A model generated the notes under the pieces. That model had not been told where the DNA came from. It did not search any database and saw only the letters and a list, made by a program, of their open reading frames with translations. The position numbers and the translations under genes were made by a program. This document shows, piece after piece, positions 33,507 to 41,841 of a DNA stretch of 45,444 bases. Each line of letters opens with the position of its first letter. Position 1 is the first letter of the stretch. The DNA is taken from assembly GCA_027011205.1 (NCBI GenBank), contig JALVAL010000631.1, forward strand, positions 1 to 45,444, read 5' to 3'. This stretch comes from Gammaproteobacteria bacterium (GTDB lineage: Bacteria > Pseudomonadota > Gammaproteobacteria > GRL18).

Positions 33507-33932
33507 TTACTCCTCGCCTGCTATCTTTGGCCCGCCTTCTACCTCGAAAATTAAGGCTATTCCCATACGAGTGTATGCGAACAGCTTTTCTTTGGATATT
33601 GTTCCGTTCGCTATCTCTGTACCAACATCAGAGATAGCTTGTTGTATCTGGCCTTGTATGATTTCAGCGTCCTTATTTTCTCGGAGGCAGAGGTATTTCA
33701 CAAATTCAGGCATGAAATCCTGTGTCGAGACAGAAATTACCTCATCATCGTATACAACGTGACCATCTTCGTCTGTCCCGTAGAGTTTCCCTGTGGCGTT
33801 TACAGCAAATTTGTCTGGATCGGATGTTGTATTTTTCTTACCTTGAGTAAATGCAAACTGCATTACGTGGAGTTTATCCAGCGTAATTGCTGGAATGGTT
33901 TTTGCTTCCGAGCTATCTATTTTGATTGCCAT
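33507..33932 (-). CDS. Hypothetical late protein.
   Basis: The 141-aa ORF is tightly coupled to both neighbours. Confidence 0.5.
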   Translation of the reverse strand: MAIKIDSSEAKTIPAITLDKLHVMQFAFTQGKKNTTSDPDKFAVNATGKLYGTDEDGHVVYDDEVISVSTQDFMPEFVKYLCLRENKDAEIIQGQIQQAISDVGTEIANGTISKEKLFAYTRMGIALIFEVEGGPKIAGEE

Positions 33933-34219
33933 TATTTCACCGCCTTTGCTGTTTCGATTAAAGCCTGGATTAAGGCTTTTAAGAAAACCTCTGTGTTGTT
34001 AGGCCCGTTTCCAAGGCCACCAGTCTGTACATCAACTGCTCCTGTCTTTGGATCAACATGAAATACAAGACCGTCCTGAACTTCCCTGTTCGAATCCACC
34101 TTAATCTCAGTTGTTGAATTAGCTGATGTAAATGTGTATCTGTATGTTGCTCCGCCGGAAAATGAAGCGCATCCAGAAATCAGCACACAAATACTCAGCA
34201 AGCTTAACAATCTCATCAT
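33932..34219 (-). CDS. Lipoprotein.
   Basis: The signal peptide carries a lipobox: MMRLLSLLSICVLISGC. Confidence 0.65.
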   Translation of the reverse strand: MMRLLSLLSICVLISGCASFSGGATYRYTFTSANSTTEIKVDSNREVQDGLVFHVDPKTGAVDVQTGGLGNGPNNTEVFLKALIQALIETAKAVK

Positions 34220-34635
34220 TGTGTCACCTCAATCTGGATATCAGGAGTAGAAACAAAACGGATATGAAGAACTGTTGCCGGCTCCCAGTCTTGTGTTGCA
34301 GGGGGCGAAGCCCATTCGCTTTTTTGCTCTGCGAGGTCGACTGCCCGAACCGTGCATTCAGCCTTGCCTCTTGTGACTGGGACTTTGCCAGACCACTCAA
34401 ACGTCTTAAAGTAGTGGCGGTTTGTGTCAGATATCTTTAGGTTTGGGTCATCCACAGGAACCCGAACAATACTGGCATTGTCGCCAGGCACACAAGATAT
34501 TTCGTACCTTGCAATATCTGGAGGGAGATCGTGTTCCCAGGCAAGGCCGATTAGCCTGCTTTCCACGCTTGCATCTGCGGCGAAAACCATAGAAACTTGA
34601 ATTAAACTGAGTAAAAGAAACCATATAATTCTCAT
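34216..34635 (-). CDS. Exported protein with a fibronectin-III-like domain.
   Basis: The signal peptide is MRIIWFLLLSLIQVSMVFA|AD. An FN3-like pattern follows: LAWEHDLPPDIARYEI. Confidence 0.55.
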   Translation of the reverse strand: MRIIWFLLLSLIQVSMVFAADASVESRLIGLAWEHDLPPDIARYEISCVPGDNASIVRVPVDDPNLKISDTNRHYFKTFEWSGKVPVTRGKAECTVRAVDLAEQKSEWASPPATQDWEPATVLHIRFVSTPDIQIEVTQ

Positions 34636-36281
34636 TTATCTACCTCCTTAATAAACATTCTTGAATCGCCAATATCAGGTCTGATTCTAAATTCATCTGC
34701 ACCAATGTCTGGCGTATCCACAATAGAGTCGCCGTCGATATCTTTAGCCCAATTAGGCCAAGGCTTGTGAATATCTGAGATTTTGACACCCGCATTACGG
34801 GCTGGAGATTGACGGGATATGTGATATCCCGTCAGAAGAGGGTCATCAGTTTTAGAATTTACGTCGTGTGAGGTTGCTGATTTCCATCCATTGAAATCGT
34901 GATATATGTGGTAATTGCTTTCGAATTTACTACTTCCATCAGGATAGTATAAATTATAATTTATATCATTATTGCCATCGTTTGAGTCAGTAAACCTATA
35001 AGCAATATGCTCACCAGTTGGATTGTACGATAAATTGTTCAAAAACCTAATATTAGCGATATTATGGCCTAAGTTAACATTATATTCGTAACCGCTAATA
35101 AAATTATTGACTATAGTGGTTGTTAGGTGAATATGGTCAAGAAAAAATCCCCAATCACCTTTATTCCCTTGCAACACATTGTATGCCACAAAGGATTCTG
35201 CGTGATTGCCATTGTTCGCCTCTTGCAAGGCTATACCATACGTTTCTACATCATTTAGGATGTTTCGTTTAATTTTTAAGCCCCTATAATGCGAATTAGG
35301 AGCACAATAACATACGATCCCTTTATAGCTTTTATCGGCATAATTTTCTACGATTACTACATTATCACCATTTTGTACTGAAACCAATTCTCCGTCTGCC
35401 AAAGAACCTGCTTCACTCCATTTGTAATTCGCATTATTTGTATAAAATGTGTTATAAAATTTATTATGTTTGATTGATACATTCCGGCTACGCTCAGGGC
35501 CGTCACCATGAGACGCAATAGTGACGTCTTGGGCTACACGGTTAAACACACACCGTTCCACTACAATATCGTTATTGTCAGTATTCCGTGCTTTAAGATG
35601 TATTCCTGCGGATGCGATATCATAAAAATAGCAATTTTTTACTTGTATATCACTTACTCCCGATGTTGAATCACTATGTACTCCATACACAACATTTCTA
35701 AACGATAAACCGCTGAAATGAAAATGTGAATGCCCCTGCAAATCAAACACAGCTCTCACCATTAACCGTTTAACATCATGATTATTAGGCGTTCCGCTTG
35801 ACGGTCTATAGTAAGTATCCGCTCCGTCATAATACCATACACCATCGTTCAGTGCCGTATTGGAGGCTTTCGCCTGATAAATACTGTCCTCTAAAAGAAA
35901 ACCTGTGTATACAGGACTTGTATATCTCCCATCTCCTAAAGATGTCCAAGAGCTAAAGCTGTCAACAACAGACATCTTAGGGCTTACTCCAAATAACGGC
36001 TTGATAATTATTGGGTGCTCAGCCGTTCCGTTTACGGTGACTCTGCTACGAGTGTTGGTGTCAGAACAAATGTAGACTGTGTCACCAGCCTGAACACCAC
36101 CAGAACCGTAAACAATGTAAACTAATTCTGCCCATGCACCAGACTGGCCATTAGCTGAAGCGCATTCGTGACTTGTACCGTCACCATTATGTGAACAGTT
36201 GGCATTTACATACCAATCAACCCCAAAAACAGAAGAAACTCCAAACACCAACATACATACTATTGCATATACGATTTTCAT
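34632..36281 (-). CDS. Signal-peptide right-handed beta-helix (pectate-lyase fold) protein, paralog A.
   Basis: The signal peptide is MKIVYAIVCMLVFGVSSVFG|VDWYV. The N-terminal motif is WYV..NCSHNGDGTS..C. Repeats rich in N/G/V/I fill the middle. The C-terminal motif is SPARNAGV.ISDIH....DIDGD...DTPDIGADEF. Confidence 0.7.
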   Translation of the reverse strand: MKIVYAIVCMLVFGVSSVFGVDWYVNANCSHNGDGTSHECASANGQSGAWAELVYIVYGSGGVQAGDTVYICSDTNTRSRVTVNGTAEHPIIIKPLFGVSPKMSVVDSFSSWTSLGDGRYTSPVYTGFLLEDSIYQAKASNTALNDGVWYYDGADTYYRPSSGTPNNHDVKRLMVRAVFDLQGHSHFHFSGLSFRNVVYGVHSDSTSGVSDIQVKNCYFYDIASAGIHLKARNTDNNDIVVERCVFNRVAQDVTIASHGDGPERSRNVSIKHNKFYNTFYTNNANYKWSEAGSLADGELVSVQNGDNVVIVENYADKSYKGIVCYCAPNSHYRGLKIKRNILNDVETYGIALQEANNGNHAESFVAYNVLQGNKGDWGFFLDHIHLTTTIVNNFISGYEYNVNLGHNIANIRFLNNLSYNPTGEHIAYRFTDSNDGNNDINYNLYYPDGSSKFESNYHIYHDFNGWKSATSHDVNSKTDDPLLTGYHISRQSPARNAGVKISDIHKPWPNWAKDIDGDSIVDTPDIGADEFRIRPDIGDSRMFIKEVDK

Positions 36282-36452
36282 TTATTTCTCCCTTTTGCCA
36301 AGCTGATACCCAATAGCTGTGCCTGTGGCGATCGAGCCTAAAGATAAAATAATATCTCGAATTAGTGGCGCTGCTTCCTTGGTTGGAGGGTGCCAAAGCA
36401 CGCCGAGTCCTAACAATGTCATGGCTAATATCACAAAATGCTTGTCCATCAT
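36282..36452 (-). CDS. Small two-segment membrane protein of 56 aa, absent from the ORF track, with holin-like architecture.
   Basis: Hand translation gives MMDKHFVILAMTLLGLGVLWHPPTKEAAPLIRDIILSLGSIATGTAIGYQLGKREK. The ATG follows the upstream TGA directly, and the stop TAA abuts the next ATG (36281). Confidence 0.5.
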   Translation of the reverse strand: MMDKHFVILAMTLLGLGVLWHPPTKEAAPLIRDIILSLGSIATGTAIGYQLGKREK

Positions 36453-38225
36453 TCACTCCTGTATTCCTATTGTGGAAAATGTAGATAGGGGTTCAATTGT
36501 GTTTATTCGTGACGAACCTCTGACAGGTCGTGCCATGAATTCATCAGCACCAATGTCTGGATTATTAATCACATATTGCAGGTCAATATCTCTTGCTGGG
36601 GAAGATTGATCGTGAATACCAGATATTTGAACTCCTGCATTGACTGCTGGAGAAGTTTTTGCAATATGAAAACCTAAGAGCATAGGATTGTCTGTTGAAG
36701 CATGACCAGACAGATCGATCTCTTGCGACGTTGTGGTACTATGCCCAGGATGTTCAAAGCCATAAATCAAATTATTAGAGGAATCGCTAATTACTTGATC
36801 TTGTACATTACTATCAACTGCCAATCCACCAATAGCACCATTAGCCGCCGTTAAAAGATTGTTTTTTATAATATAAATATCATCATAATTCCGACTTGCT
36901 CTCACACATTGCCTTGTGTGATCCAAACTGTCAGGCACAAAATCAGGAAAATTGCCGCAATCAACAAAAGAATTGTTATAGACTGTTACAGTGTCACCCG
37001 AACCCGTATTTTTAGCAGATAACCGCACGCCCTGCCCAACATGAACACCTACATTGTAATAAAATGTATTGTTTTCGGAACTATGATCCATATATGCCCT
37101 GGCGGTATTCTCGGCTATATTGTGATGAACTTTGCTATGACTCGCCCCTTCATCTAAATAATAACAGGACCCGTCTGGCCAATACTCACCATAATGATAA
37201 TCAGCACAATAGTTGTGCATTATTTCTAAGCCCGGATCAGGCTTAGTAGAATAATGATTCGACCAGTAAACTCCTCCTACAGATCTGGTGTATCCGTTGT
37301 GAAAAAGATAATTACGAAGGATTTTACAATCTTCAAAAACTCCATTAAAATATATAGGCACACACAGTATGTTTGACAACACATTTGAATCGATTATTAA
37401 ATTACTACTTGGGCGTGTGTCTGTTCCTGCACTTTTGATTCCATAAAACAATTGATCGAAACTACAGCCAGATATATGAACTTTCGATATAGGATAAGTA
37501 TTGGAAGAAACGTAGATTCCTACATAACTTTTATAGAACCTTATATTTTTGATTTTTGCATTAGTGATATTACGCAACCGGATAGTTGTGTTCTGTGCAG
37601 TCTGAAAATGGATCTCTCCATAATACGTGAACGGGTTAATTGATGAGGGAGAATAAATATAGAACCCATTAGGGTTTTCGCCAGATAGTGATTGATAGTC
37701 CCACTCCCCCCACTCATCTAATGCTTGGTGGGCTCCACCATTATGATATTGTCGCTGTTTTCCTGGTGTCCAATCCGCACCAAGTCCCAGAATGAAAGGA
37801 GGATTGCTCGCATAAGAGCTATCAGTTACGCAAAACCACACGTTTGTGTCGTGTAGGGTGCAAGTAGGTGGTGAGCTTTGATAATCATAATAATTGATAA
37901 TTATAGGATCTGAACCTGAACCGTAGGCCCCAAAGATTAAGCCATCTCCATCGGCAATGATCCGTTGGTGAGTGATATTATGCTTTGAACTCCAATCATC
38001 TATTGTGCCTCGCTTCCAATAAACATGTGTATTGTCAGTCGTTATGACCCAATTAGTGGGTGCTGTGTTATAAGCTCCAACTCCTCCTTCAGAAGTTGAA
38101 CATGTTTGAGCAGTTCCGTCACCATTATATTCACAAGAAGGGTTGATAAACACATCTATTGCTTCTGCATTACTGCAAAAACAAAACAACACAAACAAAT
38201 AGGATAAAATTATAGAACGTTTCAT
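36453..38225 (-). CDS. Signal-peptide right-handed beta-helix protein, paralog B.
   Basis: The signal peptide is MKRSIILSYLFVLFCFCSNAEA|IDVFI. The N-terminal motif is C.YNGDGTA..C and the C-terminal motif is SPAVNAGVQISGIHD...ARDIDLQYVINNPDIGADEF. Confidence 0.7.
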   Translation of the reverse strand: MKRSIILSYLFVLFCFCSNAEAIDVFINPSCEYNGDGTAQTCSTSEGGVGAYNTAPTNWVITTDNTHVYWKRGTIDDWSSKHNITHQRIIADGDGLIFGAYGSGSDPIIINYYDYQSSPPTCTLHDTNVWFCVTDSSYASNPPFILGLGADWTPGKQRQYHNGGAHQALDEWGEWDYQSLSGENPNGFYIYSPSSINPFTYYGEIHFQTAQNTTIRLRNITNAKIKNIRFYKSYVGIYVSSNTYPISKVHISGCSFDQLFYGIKSAGTDTRPSSNLIIDSNVLSNILCVPIYFNGVFEDCKILRNYLFHNGYTRSVGGVYWSNHYSTKPDPGLEIMHNYCADYHYGEYWPDGSCYYLDEGASHSKVHHNIAENTARAYMDHSSENNTFYYNVGVHVGQGVRLSAKNTGSGDTVTVYNNSFVDCGNFPDFVPDSLDHTRQCVRASRNYDDIYIIKNNLLTAANGAIGGLAVDSNVQDQVISDSSNNLIYGFEHPGHSTTTSQEIDLSGHASTDNPMLLGFHIAKTSPAVNAGVQISGIHDQSSPARDIDLQYVINNPDIGADEFMARPVRGSSRINTIEPLSTFSTIGIQE

Positions 38226-39637
38226 CTCGGAAGATCCTTTTCACGCCTTATTAAACCACTTTTAATTTTAGGAGGGATATGAAATTCATCACAGCCAATG
38301 TCCGGACTATTTACAATATATTGTAAATCTATATCGTTTTCAGGATAAGCCTTGTCATGGATACCGGAAATTGAAGTCCCTGAATTGATAGATGATGAAT
38401 GATAATTATCTATATGTCCATCTCCGTTCAAGAAAGGATTGCCTACAATCGAATGCGAGCCCATGCTTATGTTGTGCGTATTGTCCGACAAATTTCCAAA
38501 ATACAAATTGTAGTCATTGTCAATCGCTACATTTGACCACAATCCATAATCAGGGCTCCCGGCCATGATATTATTCTTAACCTCTATATTCGAAGAATCT
38601 CCAGATACATATATCCCATAACAACTATCTCCAGAGACATTGTCATAAAAGTTGAAAACTGTATTATTTATCACTCCAAGATCATGGCTTCTATTCGTTA
38701 CAGCAATCCCTCCACGATTAAGTCCGCTAACCATATTGTAACGAACGACTCCTGATGCGGAAGAAAGCCATATTCCATAATATCCATTCATGATACGATT
38801 ATGATGGATATTTTCGTCTGTTCCAGAAACATAAACAACATTGGAATGGGTAGTTTCTGTTCCGTAATTTTGACTTTTGAGCCAGTTGTATGAAATCGTT
38901 GCGTTATTCCCTTGTATAATAATACATTGTTTTGGTTCATAAAAACTACTTATGTCTATGTGGTTATACTTGATGATATAACCTGTATGACTGCCTGAGC
39001 ATTGAAGACCGTCCCCTCTTCCCGATGATCCGGAGTTTGTAATTCCAAAGATTGTATTATTTTCAAAGGTGAAATCGTTCCCTCGTTGATAAATCATATC
39101 GCCGGGGCCATTGTATATAACGGAATCCTTTATAGTATTGTGGTTCCCCCTTGAAATAATTAGGGATCTGGTATTATCCGTGCTCTGGAGGTCGTGGACT
39201 TCACAATGTATAACTTTATTGAAAGTGCCGTCTGTTTCGTCAGCAGCAGTTAAATATACATTTACATAATCGCTACCAAAAACCTCCAAATCCTTAATTA
39301 CCACATTGGTGGCGTGATGACCCGCCCCATCATACCACGCATAAGTCTTCAACGCAGCGTGATGACCGCTGAAGTCAATCTTGCCAACTCCGTCACCTGT
39401 AAGGGTTATGTTGCTATGTTGTATCCCGATATCATGAATAGGATAGAGCGTGTCACAAATATGAAGCGTGTCGCCATCTGACATATTATCCCAATTAATT
39501 CCTGTCCAGCCGTACCACGCATTATCGCAAGAAGTCCCGTCTTGCGATCCACTCCCTGTATTAGCCACATACCAATCACTTCCAAAAGCCGACAGATTAG
39601 TGAATAAGATTATAAAACAAAAACAAATAAAAAACAA
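38222..39637 (-). CDS. Right-handed beta-helix protein, paralog C. The annotated TTG start is doubtful; see the T-tract frame break at 39610-39675.
   Basis: The hydrophobic N-terminus FFICFCFIILFTNLSAFG|SDWYV is followed by DGTSCDNAW. The C-terminal motif is SGIHDKAYPENDIDLQYIVNSPDIGCDEF. Confidence 0.65.
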   Translation of the reverse strand: MFFICFCFIILFTNLSAFGSDWYVANTGSGSQDGTSCDNAWYGWTGINWDNMSDGDTLHICDTLYPIHDIGIQHSNITLTGDGVGKIDFSGHHAALKTYAWYDGAGHHATNVVIKDLEVFGSDYVNVYLTAADETDGTFNKVIHCEVHDLQSTDNTRSLIISRGNHNTIKDSVIYNGPGDMIYQRGNDFTFENNTIFGITNSGSSGRGDGLQCSGSHTGYIIKYNHIDISSFYEPKQCIIIQGNNATISYNWLKSQNYGTETTHSNVVYVSGTDENIHHNRIMNGYYGIWLSSASGVVRYNMVSGLNRGGIAVTNRSHDLGVINNTVFNFYDNVSGDSCYGIYVSGDSSNIEVKNNIMAGSPDYGLWSNVAIDNDYNLYFGNLSDNTHNISMGSHSIVGNPFLNGDGHIDNYHSSSINSGTSISGIHDKAYPENDIDLQYIVNSPDIGCDEFHIPPKIKSGLIRREKDLPR

Positions 39638-39671
39638 ATAAAAAACAATGATTTCATTATATGCAAATCCT

Positions 39672-40211
39672 CTACGGAATAACTCGCATTTTCACAGAGC
39701 CTGCAGTCGTGTCATTCAAATTCGTGAAGTACACGACAGACACTCTCTTGTCGTTAATGATCTTTAATTCATCAGCATCGTTCTCTGAATTACTCGCCTT
39801 CAATACAGCAGGATAAGGAGACACAGATGAATTTAATTGAACCATTATATCAACTGTGCCTAAATTATAGAATTTAATAGACAATGTTTCTGGATCAACA
39901 ATCACACTAACTGTACCACCAGCAGGGATGTCAATATCCTGATCATAAACCGAAAGTGGAGCGTAAGGCTCATCAGAAACTTTCAGCCATATGTCTGATC
40001 CGTAGATAGTGTCAAGAAGCAAATAAGTTTCAACCTCCTGTCCCGGCTGAACTGCTTTCTGACAAGCGTACGGCTCATATGTAGCATCCTTGTAACAAGT
40101 GTCTATAAAAGTTTGTTTCTGTCCACTGACATTTTGGTAAGTTCCTGCGTATGAAACAACACAAGAAAGGAGAAAAATTATCAAAGTTGTAACAGATATT
40201 ATTGTTCTCAT
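39672..40211 (-). CDS. Exported protein (signal peptide, possible lipobox LLSC).
   Basis: The N-terminus reads MRTIISVTTLIIFLLSCVVSYAG. The product is 179 aa and beta-rich. Confidence 0.55.
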   Translation of the reverse strand: MRTIISVTTLIIFLLSCVVSYAGTYQNVSGQKQTFIDTCYKDATYEPYACQKAVQPGQEVETYLLLDTIYGSDIWLKVSDEPYAPLSVYDQDIDIPAGGTVSVIVDPETLSIKFYNLGTVDIMVQLNSSVSPYPAVLKASNSENDADELKIINDKRVSVVYFTNLNDTTAGSVKMRVIP

Positions 40212-40214
40212 ATT

Positions 40215-40526
40215 CTATGAGCCTCCTTGAAGTAATGACAATATAGTGTTTTGATGTGTTCGATATTCTTCTAAATTCTGATCTATTCTCTTCTCTAACT
40301 GACTAACGAGAACATCTAACTTGTCTGACAATTTATCAACACTCTGTACAACAAGTTTTGTTTTCTCGTCATTTATCTGTCTGACAAGATTACAATCTGT
40401 TTTCTTCATAAACTCCTCCTCAAGTTTTACAACAGAACGCCTAATAAAGAACCAAGCCAAAGCTCCTGCAGACGCACTTCCACCAGCTCCTCCAATAACC
40501 AGTGCATCCAAAACAGAAAAGTCCAT
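40215..40526 (-). CDS. Membrane-anchored coiled-coil protein.
   Basis: The start at 40526 forms an ATGA overlap with the fiber stop. MDFSVLDALVIGGAGGSASAGALAWFFIRR is a TM segment, followed by a heptad-like helix. Confidence 0.5.
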   Translation of the reverse strand: MDFSVLDALVIGGAGGSASAGALAWFFIRRSVVKLEEEFMKKTDCNLVRQINDEKTKLVVQSVDKLSDKLDVLVSQLEKRIDQNLEEYRTHQNTILSLLQGGS

Positions 40527-41830
40527 CACACCACACTCCAATTGCTCCCATCAAAACACAACCTGACCACACCGTAGTTGGTGCTGATTGTGAAAGATGA
40601 AGCTCCGTCAATAGTAGCATCTCCATGAGGATTAACCACTATGTTGTTTGTTCCCGCATTTCCCGAAGCATCCTTGATAAGAACCTCATGACCAGGCCAC
40701 TGAGCCTCAGGAGTCATATCAATGGAAATCCCTGCCGAACTAACATCAGCCATAATCACCTCATCCAACTGTCTCACACTGTAGCTGTTTGAAGTGTTGA
40801 TAGGCGAAATTACAGGCCGATGAAGCATAAAAGCAGGCGGATAGGCCAGATTATCAATTCCTTTGTAAGGAGCATAAGCATATCCGGTCACCCATACATT
40901 CGGAATCCCGTTATGTATTCCGAATTGAGTAATAGACAAATCTCCGTCCGCTTCAATCTGTTTCACTTGGTCAACATAAACACGCACTTTGTCCGATGCC
41001 ATTGCTACGGAGATCAAATATTCCTGGTCCTGAAGAAAGTTGTAAAGGGCTTGAGTAGTTTCGGTTCCGATTTTGAGGGTGATAGCAGAGAAGGTAGAGT
41101 TGAAAAACAACTCAAAAGCATCAGTCCATAATATTCTCCCTGATTCCCTGGCCGATGACGCCATAGGGATACAACGAATCCCAAAGTTCATCTTATAGCT
41201 TTTAGACAAATTCCAGACCAGATTACAATCGTATCTCTTGTTCTCTTTGGTAGAAAAAGGGGTAACGTGAGATTTGGGTTCTACTTGAATGTGAGCCGCC
41301 CATTTCCCTGAGCCCAGAACTTTGAGCTTGTAGGTTGTAGAGGCGGAAAGGGTTATGTTTGCAGGGCTATTGGTGATGGTTTCTTCCAAGGTCGCTCCCT
41401 GGTATATTTCCAAGGTCGCATCGCCTTCAAACGACACAATGTGATTGGTCTCGCTTCCTGTAGTAAAATTAACCGACACATCTGACGAACCGTCTGGGAT
41501 AGAGATTTTCTTTGTCCCCATAACCCGGTCAAAGATAGCGGTTGTCGGCGAACCCGTATATGTCCAATCGGAAGGAGAAAAAGACTCAGCCGAAGGAATA
41601 AGATTATCAGTTTCTTCAAACGCAGGCAGCCCATAAACCCCGTCTCGCACTCTTCCCAACGTGTAGGGTGGTAATGTTCCTGTGACCTCGTCGAATCTCA
41701 ACACTCCTTCCGGAGGTACAATTTGGGAGTGAAACAGAAAATCTGAGTCGCCCCAATTTGTGTTTACATCCCTGTCCCAGTTCATTTGGTTAGTTTGTAT
41801 TGTAGCAAATCCGTAATGTTCTGTTGACAT
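40526..41830 (-). CDS. Tail fiber / receptor-binding protein.
   Basis: It is 434 aa, lies immediately after the hub gene and has an AGGAGG SD. The C-terminal pattern LIKDASGNAGTNNIVVNPHGDATIDGASSFTISTNYGVVRL is common in phage fiber tips. Confidence 0.6.
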   Translation of the reverse strand: MSTEHYGFATIQTNQMNWDRDVNTNWGDSDFLFHSQIVPPEGVLRFDEVTGTLPPYTLGRVRDGVYGLPAFEETDNLIPSAESFSPSDWTYTGSPTTAIFDRVMGTKKISIPDGSSDVSVNFTTGSETNHIVSFEGDATLEIYQGATLEETITNSPANITLSASTTYKLKVLGSGKWAAHIQVEPKSHVTPFSTKENKRYDCNLVWNLSKSYKMNFGIRCIPMASSARESGRILWTDAFELFFNSTFSAITLKIGTETTQALYNFLQDQEYLISVAMASDKVRVYVDQVKQIEADGDLSITQFGIHNGIPNVWVTGYAYAPYKGIDNLAYPPAFMLHRPVISPINTSNSYSVRQLDEVIMADVSSAGISIDMTPEAQWPGHEVLIKDASGNAGTNNIVVNPHGDATIDGASSFTISTNYGVVRLCFDGSNWSVV

Positions 41831-41841
41831 TATTTGGCCTC

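Noticed and set aside
36217-36456. The listed 79-aa minus-strand ORF between beta-helix paralogs B and A.
   Set aside because: It overlaps the start of paralog A by 65 nt and has an implausible sequence. A different frame gives a 56-aa membrane protein that fits the gap exactly, and I preferred that.
39672-40526. A two-component spanin pair (TM coiled-coil protein plus a downstream signal-peptide protein).
   Set aside because: The first protein has an i-spanin-like layout. However, the second is 179 aa with only a weak lipobox, and the pair lies 11 kb from the endolysin within the fiber/exported-enzyme block. I did not call it a spanin.
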